In this document: piece after piece, positions 10,461 to 19,531 of the stretch
Position numbering within the stretch: the stretch's first letter is position 1
Layout: each line of letters starts with the position of its first letter
NCBI GenBank assembly: GCA_027022365.1
Contig: JALVYU010000007.1
Span: forward strand, 32,001 to 96,000
Direction of reading: 5' to 3'
Length of the DNA: 64,000 nucleotides
From: Desulfurococcales archaeon
Lineage (GTDB): Archaea > Thermoproteota > Thermoprotei_A > Sulfolobales > Desulfurococcaceae
Made by a program: the position numbers and the translations under genes
The notes under the pieces: model-generated
Seen by the model: only the letters and a program-made list of their open reading frames with translations
What the model was told of the DNA's origin: nothing
The model's database searches: none

Positions 10461-11077
10461 GCCCTAGTCACAAGATCATATCAATAATATACAGGGATAG
10501 GATCAAGGAGCAAATGGAAAGGCTTGAGGAGCTCAGGGATCCCCACATAGTATATGTTACTGATCTAATCTCGTGTTCCCACAAGTACTTGTTACGGCGT
10601 AGTTTCCCGGAGCTAACAATTCATTTTGAACCCATAACAGTATTTGGTGATCTAATACATAAGGGGTTAGAAGCGTATCTCAGCGAGAAAGGATATGTTG
10701 TGGAAAAACCTATCGAGAAGACATATACTATAGATGACGAAAAATACATCCTTAAAGGAAGGGTTGACGCATACAATGAGGAAGAGGACATAGTAGTTGA
10801 AATAAAAAGCGGCAGAGGAAATCATAATCTCCCCAGAGAACACCATATACTCCAGCTACAGATCTATCTAAATATGCTCGATCTGGATAAAGGCGTCTTG
10901 ATCTACATTACCCCTGATAGGCTTCTCGAGTACAGTATTGATAGAACAGCCCTTGATATAGAGTCAATGCTTCGGGAACTAGTATATAATAGTGTGCATC
11001 CGAGATGGCAGTGGGAATGCAGGTATTGTATCTTCCAGCGTATATGCCCTTATAGATTACCGGAGCAGCCATCGTGA
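10445..11077 (+). CDS. cas4: Stand-alone Cas4-family Fe-S RecB nuclease
   Basis: N-terminal Cys (DLISC), GRVD, VEIKS, QLQIY, C-terminal CRYC-x5-CP. Confidence 0.85.
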   Translation: MEYSIGPSHKIISIIYRDRIKEQMERLEELRDPHIVYVTDLISCSHKYLLRRSFPELTIHFEPITVFGDLIHKGLEAYLSEKGYVVEKPIEKTYTIDDEKYILKGRVDAYNEEEDIVVEIKSGRGNHNLPREHHILQLQIYLNMLDLDKGVLIYITPDRLLEYSIDRTALDIESMLRELVYNSVHPRWQWECRYCIFQRICPYRLPEQPS

Positions 11078-11457
11078 TTACAACAATCACTAATCTCTAG
11101 CACTACTTGATCACCATCCTTTAGGCCGAGTTCTCTGCGTAGGTATTTATCGGAAATAATTTCCGCTATTCTTTCATCATGACGAGTTACAAGGGGGCGG
11201 ACAAGATAGACACTGATACCCTCCAGCTTAGCACAGTATACTAGGACTGGAGAGTACTCTGGCGACGGTGGATCTACAACGATGTATTTATGTTTTACTA
11301 TGAATTCTTTCAACGGCTTCTCTATTCTTAAATTAAGCGTTCCCGGGTAGGGGATTATGCCTATTTTTCTCTTGAACTGGCTCGAGTAAAGCCGAACATA
11401 TTTCCTGCCTTCCCCTAGCCCTGATACTATTGTTCCTTTAATGATTGTTTTGGCCAT
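11050..11457 (-). CDS. ribK: CTP-dependent riboflavin kinase (no HTH domain)
   Basis: SGLGEG, PYPGTLN, EIIS..LR..LGLKDGD. Confidence 0.85.
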   Translation of the reverse strand: MAKTIIKGTIVSGLGEGRKYVRLYSSQFKRKIGIIPYPGTLNLRIEKPLKEFIVKHKYIVVDPPSPEYSPVLVYCAKLEGISVYLVRPLVTRHDERIAEIISDKYLRRELGLKDGDQVVLEISDCCNHDGCSGNL

Positions 11458-11537
11458 GATCGCTTCTACCCATGAATAGCCCTGGCTCGGTATACAATGC
11501 CAATTATGAGAAACGATGTGCTTATGTAAAAAAGGGT

Positions 11538-13358
11538 TTAGCCAATAATTTCTTTGATAACTGGTACAACATAGTCCAAGCCAAGCTTCCTCAACGTCTC
11601 TTCACGCGGTACTCCATTCTCATTCCATCCACGCAACTCGTAGTAGAGGCTCAGCATTTTATCATATTTATTGATGTCGAGCTTAGCGCCTGTGAAGGGC
11701 CCCTTTGTCAGTGGGTGCTTGAACCACCTGATCGGTGGGTAATCCAGCGCCCTGTCCCACCATCCGTACTCTCTTATCCAGAACGCCCTGATGAGGTTGT
11801 ATATCCTGTCGCCTACAGTGTAGATGTCGTCAAGCGTGTACGTTACCCCCGTAATGTATGATAGCATCTTGGGGTAGTGTTCCAGATTTACACCAAGCTC
11901 CACCCATGGTAGACGACATGTCGTCAGCGACTCAAACATTCCTCCACGTACTCTTTGTAGGAACAATAGTTTCTCTACCTTGGCCCTATCGTAGCTAAAC
12001 CTGTCCATTTTTACCTCAAGGCCTATCAGCCAAGCATCTTTATGGTGGGCCCCGATCGGTGATGTACCGTATGCCAAGGCCATTCCCGGGGCTGTATGGC
12101 AATCATACGCTGATACTTCTAAGCCCTTGACATGGATCGCGAATTCTTCTGCTTCCTTGCCTAGATGCCTGGATAATGTTCTTACTCCTTCGGCTGCTAG
12201 GTAGCCTAAGCCCCTCCTATAGGCTGTATCGATGATTAGTTGTTTTGCCGCCTTATAGTCGCCCCAGCCGATCTTCTCGTCTATTAGTCCTCTGTCTGAG
12301 GCCTCCATGAGGAAGCCCAGAACATTGCCCATTGAGATAGTGTCTAGTCCGAGTTTGTCGCAGAGCTTGTTTAGCTCAGCCACTCTCCTTAGGTCGGGAA
12401 GCAGTATGTTGCTTCCGAGCATTGCTACGTTTTCGTAGTCGAGCTCGCTCTCCTCTCCTATGTCATCGATCACGACGTTTCCGCACTGCATGTTACAGTA
12501 TGGGCATCCTCTTCTCTTGATCTTGATCTTTTCCATCAAGTCGCCACTAATCCTGTCATAGTACTCCCATACGCCCTCCCTATAGTTCATTGTTGGGAGA
12601 ACGCTGTTCTCATTGCTCCAGTTAATCGTCATCATCGTGCCCTGCCTTACCCAGAAATCATAGCCTTCAGCTCTGAGGATCTCTTCATACGCTTTCTTGG
12701 CCTCTTCCCTTAGTTTCTCCGGATCCGCGACGCTTGGCTCCTTCGTACCCTTTATCACTATTGCTTTCAGCTTCTTGCTTCCCATGACTGCACCCATTCC
12801 CGGTCTTCCACCGCTTCTCCCCTTCATAGAGATCACTGTCGCATATCTTACAAGGTGCTCTCCCGCAGGCCCGATCAGAAGGATGCCCACGTTCTTGCCG
12901 TGCTCCTCGACTAGTTTGTCTTCCGCAGCGAATGTGTCGAGGCCCCAGAGATGCTCTGCGTCCCTGATCTCGACCTTGTCGTCCTCGATATAGATGTACA
13001 CGGGCTTCCTGGCCTTGCCCTCGATTACTATCGCGTCGTAACCTGCTTTCCTCAGGTGGACGCTAGCCATTGTACCAACGTTCCCGTCACCGTACCCGCC
13101 TGTTAACGGGCTCTTCGAAGCAACGATCATTTTACCGCTGCTCGGTAATGGCATTCCCGAGAGAGGCCCCACAGCAAATGCCAGTTTATTATATGGAGAG
13201 AAAGGATCAACTCCTCGCGGTAGCTCGTCCCATAGGATCTTGATGGCCAGGCCCCGGCCTCCTATGAAATCTTTGAGAATAGCAGGGTCGATGGCGGTGA
13301 TACTAGTTTTTTGCCTTGATAAATCTATGCGTAGAATCCTGCCACTCCATCCGTGCAT
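11538..13358 (-). CDS. Tungsten aldehyde:ferredoxin oxidoreductase-family protein
   Basis: [52 protein letters not shown]. Confidence 0.9.
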   Translation of the reverse strand: MHGWSGRILRIDLSRQKTSITAIDPAILKDFIGGRGLAIKILWDELPRGVDPFSPYNKLAFAVGPLSGMPLPSSGKMIVASKSPLTGGYGDGNVGTMASVHLRKAGYDAIVIEGKARKPVYIYIEDDKVEIRDAEHLWGLDTFAAEDKLVEEHGKNVGILLIGPAGEHLVRYATVISMKGRSGGRPGMGAVMGSKKLKAIVIKGTKEPSVADPEKLREEAKKAYEEILRAEGYDFWVRQGTMMTINWSNENSVLPTMNYREGVWEYYDRISGDLMEKIKIKRRGCPYCNMQCGNVVIDDIGEESELDYENVAMLGSNILLPDLRRVAELNKLCDKLGLDTISMGNVLGFLMEASDRGLIDEKIGWGDYKAAKQLIIDTAYRRGLGYLAAEGVRTLSRHLGKEAEEFAIHVKGLEVSAYDCHTAPGMALAYGTSPIGAHHKDAWLIGLEVKMDRFSYDRAKVEKLLFLQRVRGGMFESLTTCRLPWVELGVNLEHYPKMLSYITGVTYTLDDIYTVGDRIYNLIRAFWIREYGWWDRALDYPPIRWFKHPLTKGPFTGAKLDINKYDKMLSLYYELRGWNENGVPREETLRKLGLDYVVPVIKEIIG

Positions 13359-13449
13359 GGGTGTACACCAATTGAATATACCTATATATTCATGTATATA
13401 TTCGTAATGAAAGGAAGAATTAATAGCGTGTTATCCAGATCTTGTTCTG

Positions 13450-13504
13450 GATGATGAGTACTCCCCGGTTGGAGAAAAACGATGAAGATAATTCCTTTAG
13501 CTGA
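13450..13504 (+). ncRNA. Box C/D sRNA guiding 16S rRNA 2'-O-methylation
   Basis: C box ATGATGA 13451, guide GTACTCCCCGG, D' (T)TGGA, C' ACGATGA, guide AATTCCTTTAG, D box CTGA 13501-13504; guides complement conserved 16S CCUGGGGAGUAC and UUAAAGGAAUU. Confidence 0.85.
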
Positions 13505-13519
13505 CACCTATACAGGGAT

Positions 13520-14365
13520 GTGAGGAAAATGAGTTCAGGAGTAAGGGTTCTACTAAAGAATATACTTGTTCCTGAAGAGAATGAGTTCAAGAACATCTAC
13601 ATATACATTGATAACGACAAGATAGCCGACCTCGGCGAAAAAATACCGGTTGAATACGAGTTCGCCGAACTAGTCCTCGACTATAATAGCGAATACATAG
13701 CTTTTCCCGGCTTCAGTGTTCTTGTTTCACTCACGGACAGATACCCCGGCATTTATAAGACTAGTTCTATCGATAAGAAGGAGATAGTAAAAGCTGCTCT
13801 CTACGAGCTAGTTATGAACGGCGTAACATTGCCGATCATAATGGATAGGGATACGTCCATCGTTAAACATGCACTTAAGGAGGTAGAATTCCCGGCCATA
13901 CTTATTGAGGACAATGTAAAGGAGGACCAGAACAACGTTTATCTCAGCGGAATCAGGAGGGATGACGGCATATTGATCGGCGACACATTCTTCGGCTGGA
14001 CAGAGATATGTCGCCCGAACCATATACGTGATAACTGCAAGCTATTAGACCTCAGAGGCCTACACACCTATAATGTATCAGCTCTACTAAACATGAGCAG
14101 TAAAAACAGCATGGATACAGTGCTTGACGTGCTGTGGAGACCATATAAGGCTTTAGGGCTCGGCGATAAAAAACTAGCCAAAGGATCAAGAGCCGATATA
14201 GTTCTCTACAAAATATCTGAACCACCTAAACTAGTAACACCGAGGAACTACATGGATCTCCTCAGGTCAGGCTATAGCCCCGACACAGTGATAGTAGCTG
14301 GAGAATTATATATCGACAAGAATGAACCACTAATACTGCAGGCCCCAAGAATAAAGCTATGGTAG
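13520..14365 (+). CDS. Degenerate amidohydrolase-superfamily-like protein
   Basis: Beta-sandwich-like ends (IYIDNDKIADLG, AFPGF; LAKGSRADIV, TVIVAGE) but no HxH metal motif. Confidence 0.55.
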   Translation: MRKMSSGVRVLLKNILVPEENEFKNIYIYIDNDKIADLGEKIPVEYEFAELVLDYNSEYIAFPGFSVLVSLTDRYPGIYKTSSIDKKEIVKAALYELVMNGVTLPIIMDRDTSIVKHALKEVEFPAILIEDNVKEDQNNVYLSGIRRDDGILIGDTFFGWTEICRPNHIRDNCKLLDLRGLHTYNVSALLNMSSKNSMDTVLDVLWRPYKALGLGDKKLAKGSRADIVLYKISEPPKLVTPRNYMDLLRSGYSPDTVIVAGELYIDKNEPLILQAPRIKLW

Positions 14366-14372
14366 TAAACAG

Positions 14373-15266
14373 ATGCGTGCTGGGCAGATCTTCAATATAG
14401 CCATATTCAACCAGTTTATCGATAGCTTTACCAGGAAAGCCATGCTTCTCTCTAATCCACGTGATATAGATGAAGCGCTAAAGAACATTTACCTTTTATC
14501 CAATGTAATCTTCCCTTATAGCGATACGTTTCTTGTAAAAACACATCGCTATATGGAGAAATACCGTGAATACAGGCAATACTATGATAGGATCAGAGTC
14601 TTACTCCTAAATACTTCACAAGCTCTCGAGAAAAGGCTACGAGAAGAAATAGGTTTCCTCAAGGCGCAAGGTATAGAATCCATAATATCGAGAGTCATTT
14701 ACTTAATGGCAGTCCTGAACTGTGACGAATCATTATACAGAAGGTACTTGGACCCCTTAAAGATACAGAAAATACTCTCAGTCCCACCAACACCGTGGGC
14801 TCACCACTCCAAGATATTCGACTTTATAGCCGGAGATACACGCCTCAATATCATACCGGGTGGAATAATACAGTTATGGCCTTTAAAAGTCCTCCTTGAA
14901 GAACTAAATAGTAGAGGGGTATCTTCCCGAATATATCTGCCAGCAACAAGGCTCCTAGACTATATTAGTAATATCGATTACTTTGACGGTATAAATGACA
15001 AAGCCGAAATAGTAACCTATAACCCGGAAAAACTAAGAGAAATAATCACATACCTCGGGGAAAAACACGAACCAGTACTAGTATCAAATATGCTGGGAAT
15101 AGCATCAATCACAACACTACTGCATACAAAAGGCAAAACATACGATAATATATACCCCCTCTTCAACCCTATTGATACGAGGCTAGCACGATACCTAGTT
15201 CAAACACCATACATCATACCAGCAACAAGTATAGTTGAAACAATAAGGATCGACGCAGAGAAATAA
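14373..15266 (+). CDS. Hypothetical protein
   Basis: 297-aa ORF in an operon with the previous gene. Confidence 0.6.
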   Translation: MRAGQIFNIAIFNQFIDSFTRKAMLLSNPRDIDEALKNIYLLSNVIFPYSDTFLVKTHRYMEKYREYRQYYDRIRVLLLNTSQALEKRLREEIGFLKAQGIESIISRVIYLMAVLNCDESLYRRYLDPLKIQKILSVPPTPWAHHSKIFDFIAGDTRLNIIPGGIIQLWPLKVLLEELNSRGVSSRIYLPATRLLDYISNIDYFDGINDKAEIVTYNPEKLREIITYLGEKHEPVLVSNMLGIASITTLLHTKGKTYDNIYPLFNPIDTRLARYLVQTPYIIPATSIVETIRIDAEK

Positions 15267-15340
15267 TGGGCCCGGGGGGATTCGAACCCCCGACCTCCCG
15301 GTTATCAGCCGGGCGCTCCACCAGGCTGAGCTACGGGCCC
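15267..15340 (-). tRNA. tRNA-Ile(GAT), no encoded CCA
   Basis: Cloverleaf GGGCCCG...CCCGG CT GAT AA CCGGG...TTCGAAT...CGGGCCC A; TATA-like box at about 15382-15390. Confidence 0.95.
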
Positions 15341-15396
15341 ACGTATTCTTTTTCCGATTAGTGTTGTAACCGTGTTCTTAGTTTATAAATTTGTTT

Positions 15397-15457
15397 GGCC
15401 CTCCCGATAATATGTCTTCATCCCATGATCCGTTTATCCGCTGCCTGTCATCGGGCC
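15397..15457 (-). ncRNA. Possible second structured/C-D-like small RNA
   Basis: GGCCC/GGGCC terminal stem with CCGATGA, CGGA and GGGATGA box-like words; no target recognised. Confidence 0.3.
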
Positions 15458-15497
15458 CGTGTTAGAAGAATACGTAGATGAGCTAATAAGTATCATG

Positions 15498-15566
15498 GGT
15501 TGCCGGGTTGTTGCTACAATGGATCATCACTGCTCAGCCCGCCCATCGGCTCCATCCCCGGCAACC
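15498..15566 (-). ncRNA. Atypical box C/D-like sRNA closed by a 10-bp stem
   Basis: Perfect IR GGTTGCCGGG/CCCGGCAACC; internal CTGA-gca-GTGATGA; guides ATGGGCGGG and CCATTGTAGC complementary to recalled rRNA motifs. Confidence 0.6.
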
Positions 15567-15620
15567 AGTTAGTATCATTTATTTTTGCTTAATTTAACCT
15601 ATCTTTATGGATGTAAGTAC

Positions 15621-16439
15621 ATGGTGGTTGGTTTGAGTGGGCCTATAGTACTAATAACGGATTTCGGGTTAAAGGATCCCTATGTTGGCGTTATGAAGGG
15701 CGTTATAAAGACCATTAATCCTGAGGCACAGATAATAGATTTGACCCATAATGTGAGAAAGTTCGATATAAATGCAGCAGCCGTGATACTCCTAGTATCC
15801 GCCAAGTATTTCCCACGTGGTTCTATCTTTACTTGTGTTGTGGACCCTGGTGTAGGTAGCTCTAGGCGTGCAATCCTGATCGTCACGAAAAACTACTACT
15901 TGGTTGGTCCGGACAATGGATGTTTATCACTGCTTGCCGAGGAAGACGGAGTAATAGGGGTATATGATATATCAAGATCTCCATACAGGCTTCCAAGGGT
16001 TTCAGGCACCTTCCACGGTAGAGACGTATTTGCACCAATAGCGGCCTGGCTATCACGTGGTCTCAAACCAGAACAGCTCGGCGAACCGATCGATGACTAC
16101 GTGAAACTAGATATACAGAAACCGAGGGTATCAGGTAATATTATTGAGGGGATGATCATCTATATTGATCACTTCGGAAACATCATGAGCAATATAAGCC
16201 GTGAGCTCATCGAAAAAGTGGGCATAAGGCTTGGAGACACCATAAACGTACTCCTAGGCTCTAGAGGGTTCAAGTGCCCATACGTACGTAGCTTCAGTAA
16301 TGTTCCCGAAGGAGAGGTTGCATGCTATATTAACTCATGGGGATATTTCGAGATAGGAATTAACAAATCAAGTGCAGCGGAGCTCCTCAAAGTCGAAACC
16401 GGAGAGAAGATAAAAATCTACAAATACAATCCATCATAG
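15621..16439 (+). CDS. SAM hydroxide adenosyltransferase/chlorinase-fluorinase family (DUF62)
   Basis: TDFG, VVDPGVGSSR, GPDNG, TFHGRDVFAP, IDHFGN. Confidence 0.9.
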   Translation: MVVGLSGPIVLITDFGLKDPYVGVMKGVIKTINPEAQIIDLTHNVRKFDINAAAVILLVSAKYFPRGSIFTCVVDPGVGSSRRAILIVTKNYYLVGPDNGCLSLLAEEDGVIGVYDISRSPYRLPRVSGTFHGRDVFAPIAAWLSRGLKPEQLGEPIDDYVKLDIQKPRVSGNIIEGMIIYIDHFGNIMSNISRELIEKVGIRLGDTINVLLGSRGFKCPYVRSFSNVPEGEVACYINSWGYFEIGINKSSAAELLKVETGEKIKIYKYNPS

Positions 16440-16449
16440 GTGCACCTAC

Positions 16450-17226
16450 ATGTGCAGAATGATTATTGGTGTTTTTTCGCAGGATACAGAAGTGGGCGAG
16501 ATCACCCCGTTCATAGAGTCCTTAAGAGCGGCGGCAGAGCATGATCCTCTTTTAGTTCAATATACTAATGGTAGAAAAACAAGTCATTCCGATGGATGGG
16601 GTTATGTGATCATATCACCCAACTATATCGTTGAATATAAATCGTTAATGCCGATTTACATGGACGAGAAAGGATATAGCCAGCTGATCAATAGCCTCCA
16701 ATGGATAATAGAAATTAATGAAGCCTTCGCTTTCATGGCTCATGCAAGGCTTGCGTCACCCGAATATCGAAGAAGCCTAGTTGACACCCATCCTTTTCAC
16801 TTCTATACAGTTGACGATCATGATTCCTGGCTGGTTATGAACGGAACATTAACGAAAGAATGTATTAAGAACAAAAACAATAGATCCGACACATATAATC
16901 TAGTCAAAGATATCTCTAACGAGAAATTTGATGAAATACCGCGAAAAATACTTGAACAAATAATTAAGAATCCCGGTTGTGTTAGGGCAGGTCTTGCTAT
17001 AGGAATAATAGGTTTCAATACTTTAAACTCCTCTATCAGGGGTTATTTTGTATATTATACGAGAAAGGACAAAAACTGCCGAGGCTACTATGATTACTAT
17101 GATTTGAGACTCAATGAAAACTATATTATTATGAGCTCGACGGTTAAATACTACTTATCTAAAAAACACAGAGCAGTCGTTGACAAAGTAAATAGGATCA
17201 GGAGCCCTGCTATTATCAGGCTCTAA
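16450..17226 (+). CDS. Class II glutamine amidotransferase-like (Ntn) protein
   Basis: N-terminal MCRM, HSDGWG, HARLAS, THPF, NGT. Confidence 0.8.
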   Translation: MCRMIIGVFSQDTEVGEITPFIESLRAAAEHDPLLVQYTNGRKTSHSDGWGYVIISPNYIVEYKSLMPIYMDEKGYSQLINSLQWIIEINEAFAFMAHARLASPEYRRSLVDTHPFHFYTVDDHDSWLVMNGTLTKECIKNKNNRSDTYNLVKDISNEKFDEIPRKILEQIIKNPGCVRAGLAIGIIGFNTLNSSIRGYFVYYTRKDKNCRGYYDYYDLRLNENYIIMSSTVKYYLSKKHRAVVDKVNRIRSPAIIRL

Positions 17227-17382
17227 TTTGATGTCACTGTAATACCTTATTTTCGATAAACGTGGGACTTAGCATAATGTGTGGTATTATCTTGTAACTA
17301 CTGAATAGTACACCGTGGACATAATATATACTTATATTTATCGTAACATTGATATATAATAGGGTTTGGAAGGTGACTCTCT

Positions 17383-18438
17383 GTGTCGTCGCTAGTTTTT
17401 AAAAGAGTGGTAGTTTCGCCGCTCGAAATAGATAGAGTTAGATTAGGCCTAATCGATCTAGAAGAGATGATGAAGTATTTATCATTTGTGAAAAGTGTTA
17501 AAAAAGCGAAAGAAGGTGTTCTTGTCGAATTAAGCCTTAGAAAAGGTTTTACTAGATTCCGCGACGTACTATTGTTTCGTGTCGAACTACTGGATGACTA
17601 CGATGTAATGATTGAGGGCGTCGGTTCTAGCGTCGAGGTACGTATAACAGCGAGACTTCAGGTTCTATTTCCGGGAACAACTACGGTTAACCTCGAGATC
17701 GAGATATCAGGCGAAAACAGGAGGGTGTTGGGAGGACTTGTAAATAAGTTTGTCCAAGAACTTAGATCGTATCTAGGTAGGAACGGTCCTGTTGAACGCA
17801 AGTACAAGCCGGGTGAGAAAGAACCTGTTATTCTGAGAAAGCTTTTGGAGAGAGCTCGTAAAGAGGTTGAAGAAATAAGGGGGACTCCTACCGAGGCACG
17901 GCCTGAAGTTATGGCTGAGACTGTTCCAAGTATCGGTGAGACGACGCCTGTGCCAGCAATGGAAGAGACTAAGCCGATAGCAAAGGTCGAGGAAGGTGTA
18001 AAAACTGGCGCTGAGGCTAAGCCTGAAAAACCGGAAGAAGTAAGAGTAGCAAGAGTAGCTAAAGAGGTTAGACCTAATATCTCTATTGAAGAGGTGAGCT
18101 TAAAGCTTGCTGATCCAGTAACTGTTGCTCAGATCCTTTTTAATTCATCACTGCTAGTTGATTCAAAAACTGAGTCATTCAGCCTAGACGTAGTGAATAA
18201 CCTCCTTAGAGGCAAGGATCTGAGTAGTTATAAGTACATATATGTTACTGTTAAGAAGAGGGGATCACGTGATGAGGCAAAAATACTCCTAGATCCTAGA
18301 ATGAACATTATTGGTGCACATGTGATCACATCTTCAGGCGAAATATTCGGTCTCGACGCTATAGAAGAAGTGAGAAAATGGAGTAATGTTCCCCTTCTAC
18401 TACGTATTTGGGGGGTAACAGCCGATATACTTTCTTAG
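17383..18438 (+). CDS. Hypothetical two-domain protein with E/K/P-rich linker (N-terminal SRPBCC/CoxG-like, C-terminal PATAN/DUF2226-like)
   Basis: GGTGA SD before GTG; domain pattern read by eye. Confidence 0.55.
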   Translation: MSSLVFKRVVVSPLEIDRVRLGLIDLEEMMKYLSFVKSVKKAKEGVLVELSLRKGFTRFRDVLLFRVELLDDYDVMIEGVGSSVEVRITARLQVLFPGTTTVNLEIEISGENRRVLGGLVNKFVQELRSYLGRNGPVERKYKPGEKEPVILRKLLERARKEVEEIRGTPTEARPEVMAETVPSIGETTPVPAMEETKPIAKVEEGVKTGAEAKPEKPEEVRVARVAKEVRPNISIEEVSLKLADPVTVAQILFNSSLLVDSKTESFSLDVVNNLLRGKDLSSYKYIYVTVKKRGSRDEAKILLDPRMNIIGAHVITSSGEIFGLDAIEEVRKWSNVPLLLRIWGVTADILS

Positions 18439-18485
18439 CTGTTCCCCCAATATTTCTAATACCTTTGGGGTATCAGGTGATCAGG

Positions 18486-18899
18486 GTGGATAAGAAACCT
18501 CGAGGAGTTAAATTTGGGATATATCTGAGTGAGGAGCTGGATAAGGGGCTAAGAGAATGCATGAGATCGCTTGGGATTAAGAGTAGATCTCGAGCTATAC
18601 AGGAAGCTATACAGTTGTTTATTGCCGAGAACAAGTGGCGTTTAAAAGGTAGAGTAGCGGGTGTTATCGGTGTAATATATAATCATGATGTGCGTGGCGT
18701 AGACGAGAAACTTACCGATATTCAGCATGAGTATATAGAAGTAATTGTTGCAACTCTTCACGTCCACCTGACGAAGGAGAAATGCATGCTGGCTATACTC
18801 GTGAGGGGAGACTCACCTGTTATTAGAGAACTGGTTAGAAAAATAAATAGTGTTAAAGGCGTATTATTTGTGCGGCCCTTGCTTCTCGAAGCTACTTAA
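18486..18899 (+). CDS. nikR: NikR-like CopG/RHH transcriptional regulator
   Basis: RHH N-terminus (SRSRAIQEAI), YNH, QH, LHVHL...C; start moved to the SD-led GTG at 18486. Confidence 0.8.
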   Translation: MDKKPRGVKFGIYLSEELDKGLRECMRSLGIKSRSRAIQEAIQLFIAENKWRLKGRVAGVIGVIYNHDVRGVDEKLTDIQHEYIEVIVATLHVHLTKEKCMLAILVRGDSPVIRELVRKINSVKGVLFVRPLLLEAT

Positions 18900-19517
18900 C
18901 CTATCTAATACACAAAGAATAGGTCTAACGACATCGTGGAGGGATACAAACGGATAATTACCTTGTCCTAACATGTTGTTCTTCATAAGAGAATCTGATA
19001 TCATCGGTACATGAAAGAACACTCCTAATCTCCCCGTCTTCCAGCTCCATCTATATATATGGTAGGCTAATGCGTTACACAGATATGTCCCGGTGGACAG
19101 ACCTACAGTTATATCGTGGTTTATTTTTCTGCATTCTTCAATTACATGTACGGGATCAAAGATAGGCGTTCTAATGAGTGGTTCATCATTAAATAGTCTC
19201 TTGTACGGGTAGATTTTATGATCCGCATCGGGGATCCTGTAGCTGGCGATATTGATTGCTGCTGCCTCGAGTATGGGCACACGTGCCCCAGGATACATTC
19301 CAAGTCCAATAATTATGTCTGGCTGAATATTTCCTAATTCGTTTGAGAAAAAATTATGGACATCTGAGAGCGAAACCCTTAGAATTTTTACATAGACAGT
19401 GTTTCCACTAGTAGATAGTTTATTCTTTAGTTCTAGGGCGACATCAATACATGAATTGAATAGATAGCCATTATAGCTTCCGTATCCGAGGACAAGTATT
19501 TTCATCCCAACACCCAA
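18864..19517 (-). CDS. pcp: Pyroglutamyl-peptidase I
   Basis: E..A.N, GTYLCN, FFHVP catalytic triad. Confidence 0.85.
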   Translation of the reverse strand: MGVGMKILVLGYGSYNGYLFNSCIDVALELKNKLSTSGNTVYVKILRVSLSDVHNFFSNELGNIQPDIIIGLGMYPGARVPILEAAAINIASYRIPDADHKIYPYKRLFNDEPLIRTPIFDPVHVIEECRKINHDITVGLSTGTYLCNALAYHIYRWSWKTGRLGVFFHVPMISDSLMKNNMLGQGNYPFVSLHDVVRPILCVLDRLSSFEKQGPHK

Positions 19518-19531
19518 CGTTAAGTATAATA

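Noticed and set aside
10445-11540. CRISPR array near cas4
   Set aside because: No regularly spaced 24-40-nt repeats here or elsewhere in the window
11538-13358. Higher GC of AOR (and nop5) as horizontal transfer
   Set aside because: More simply explained by codon bias of highly expressed genes; no mobility signs at the flanks
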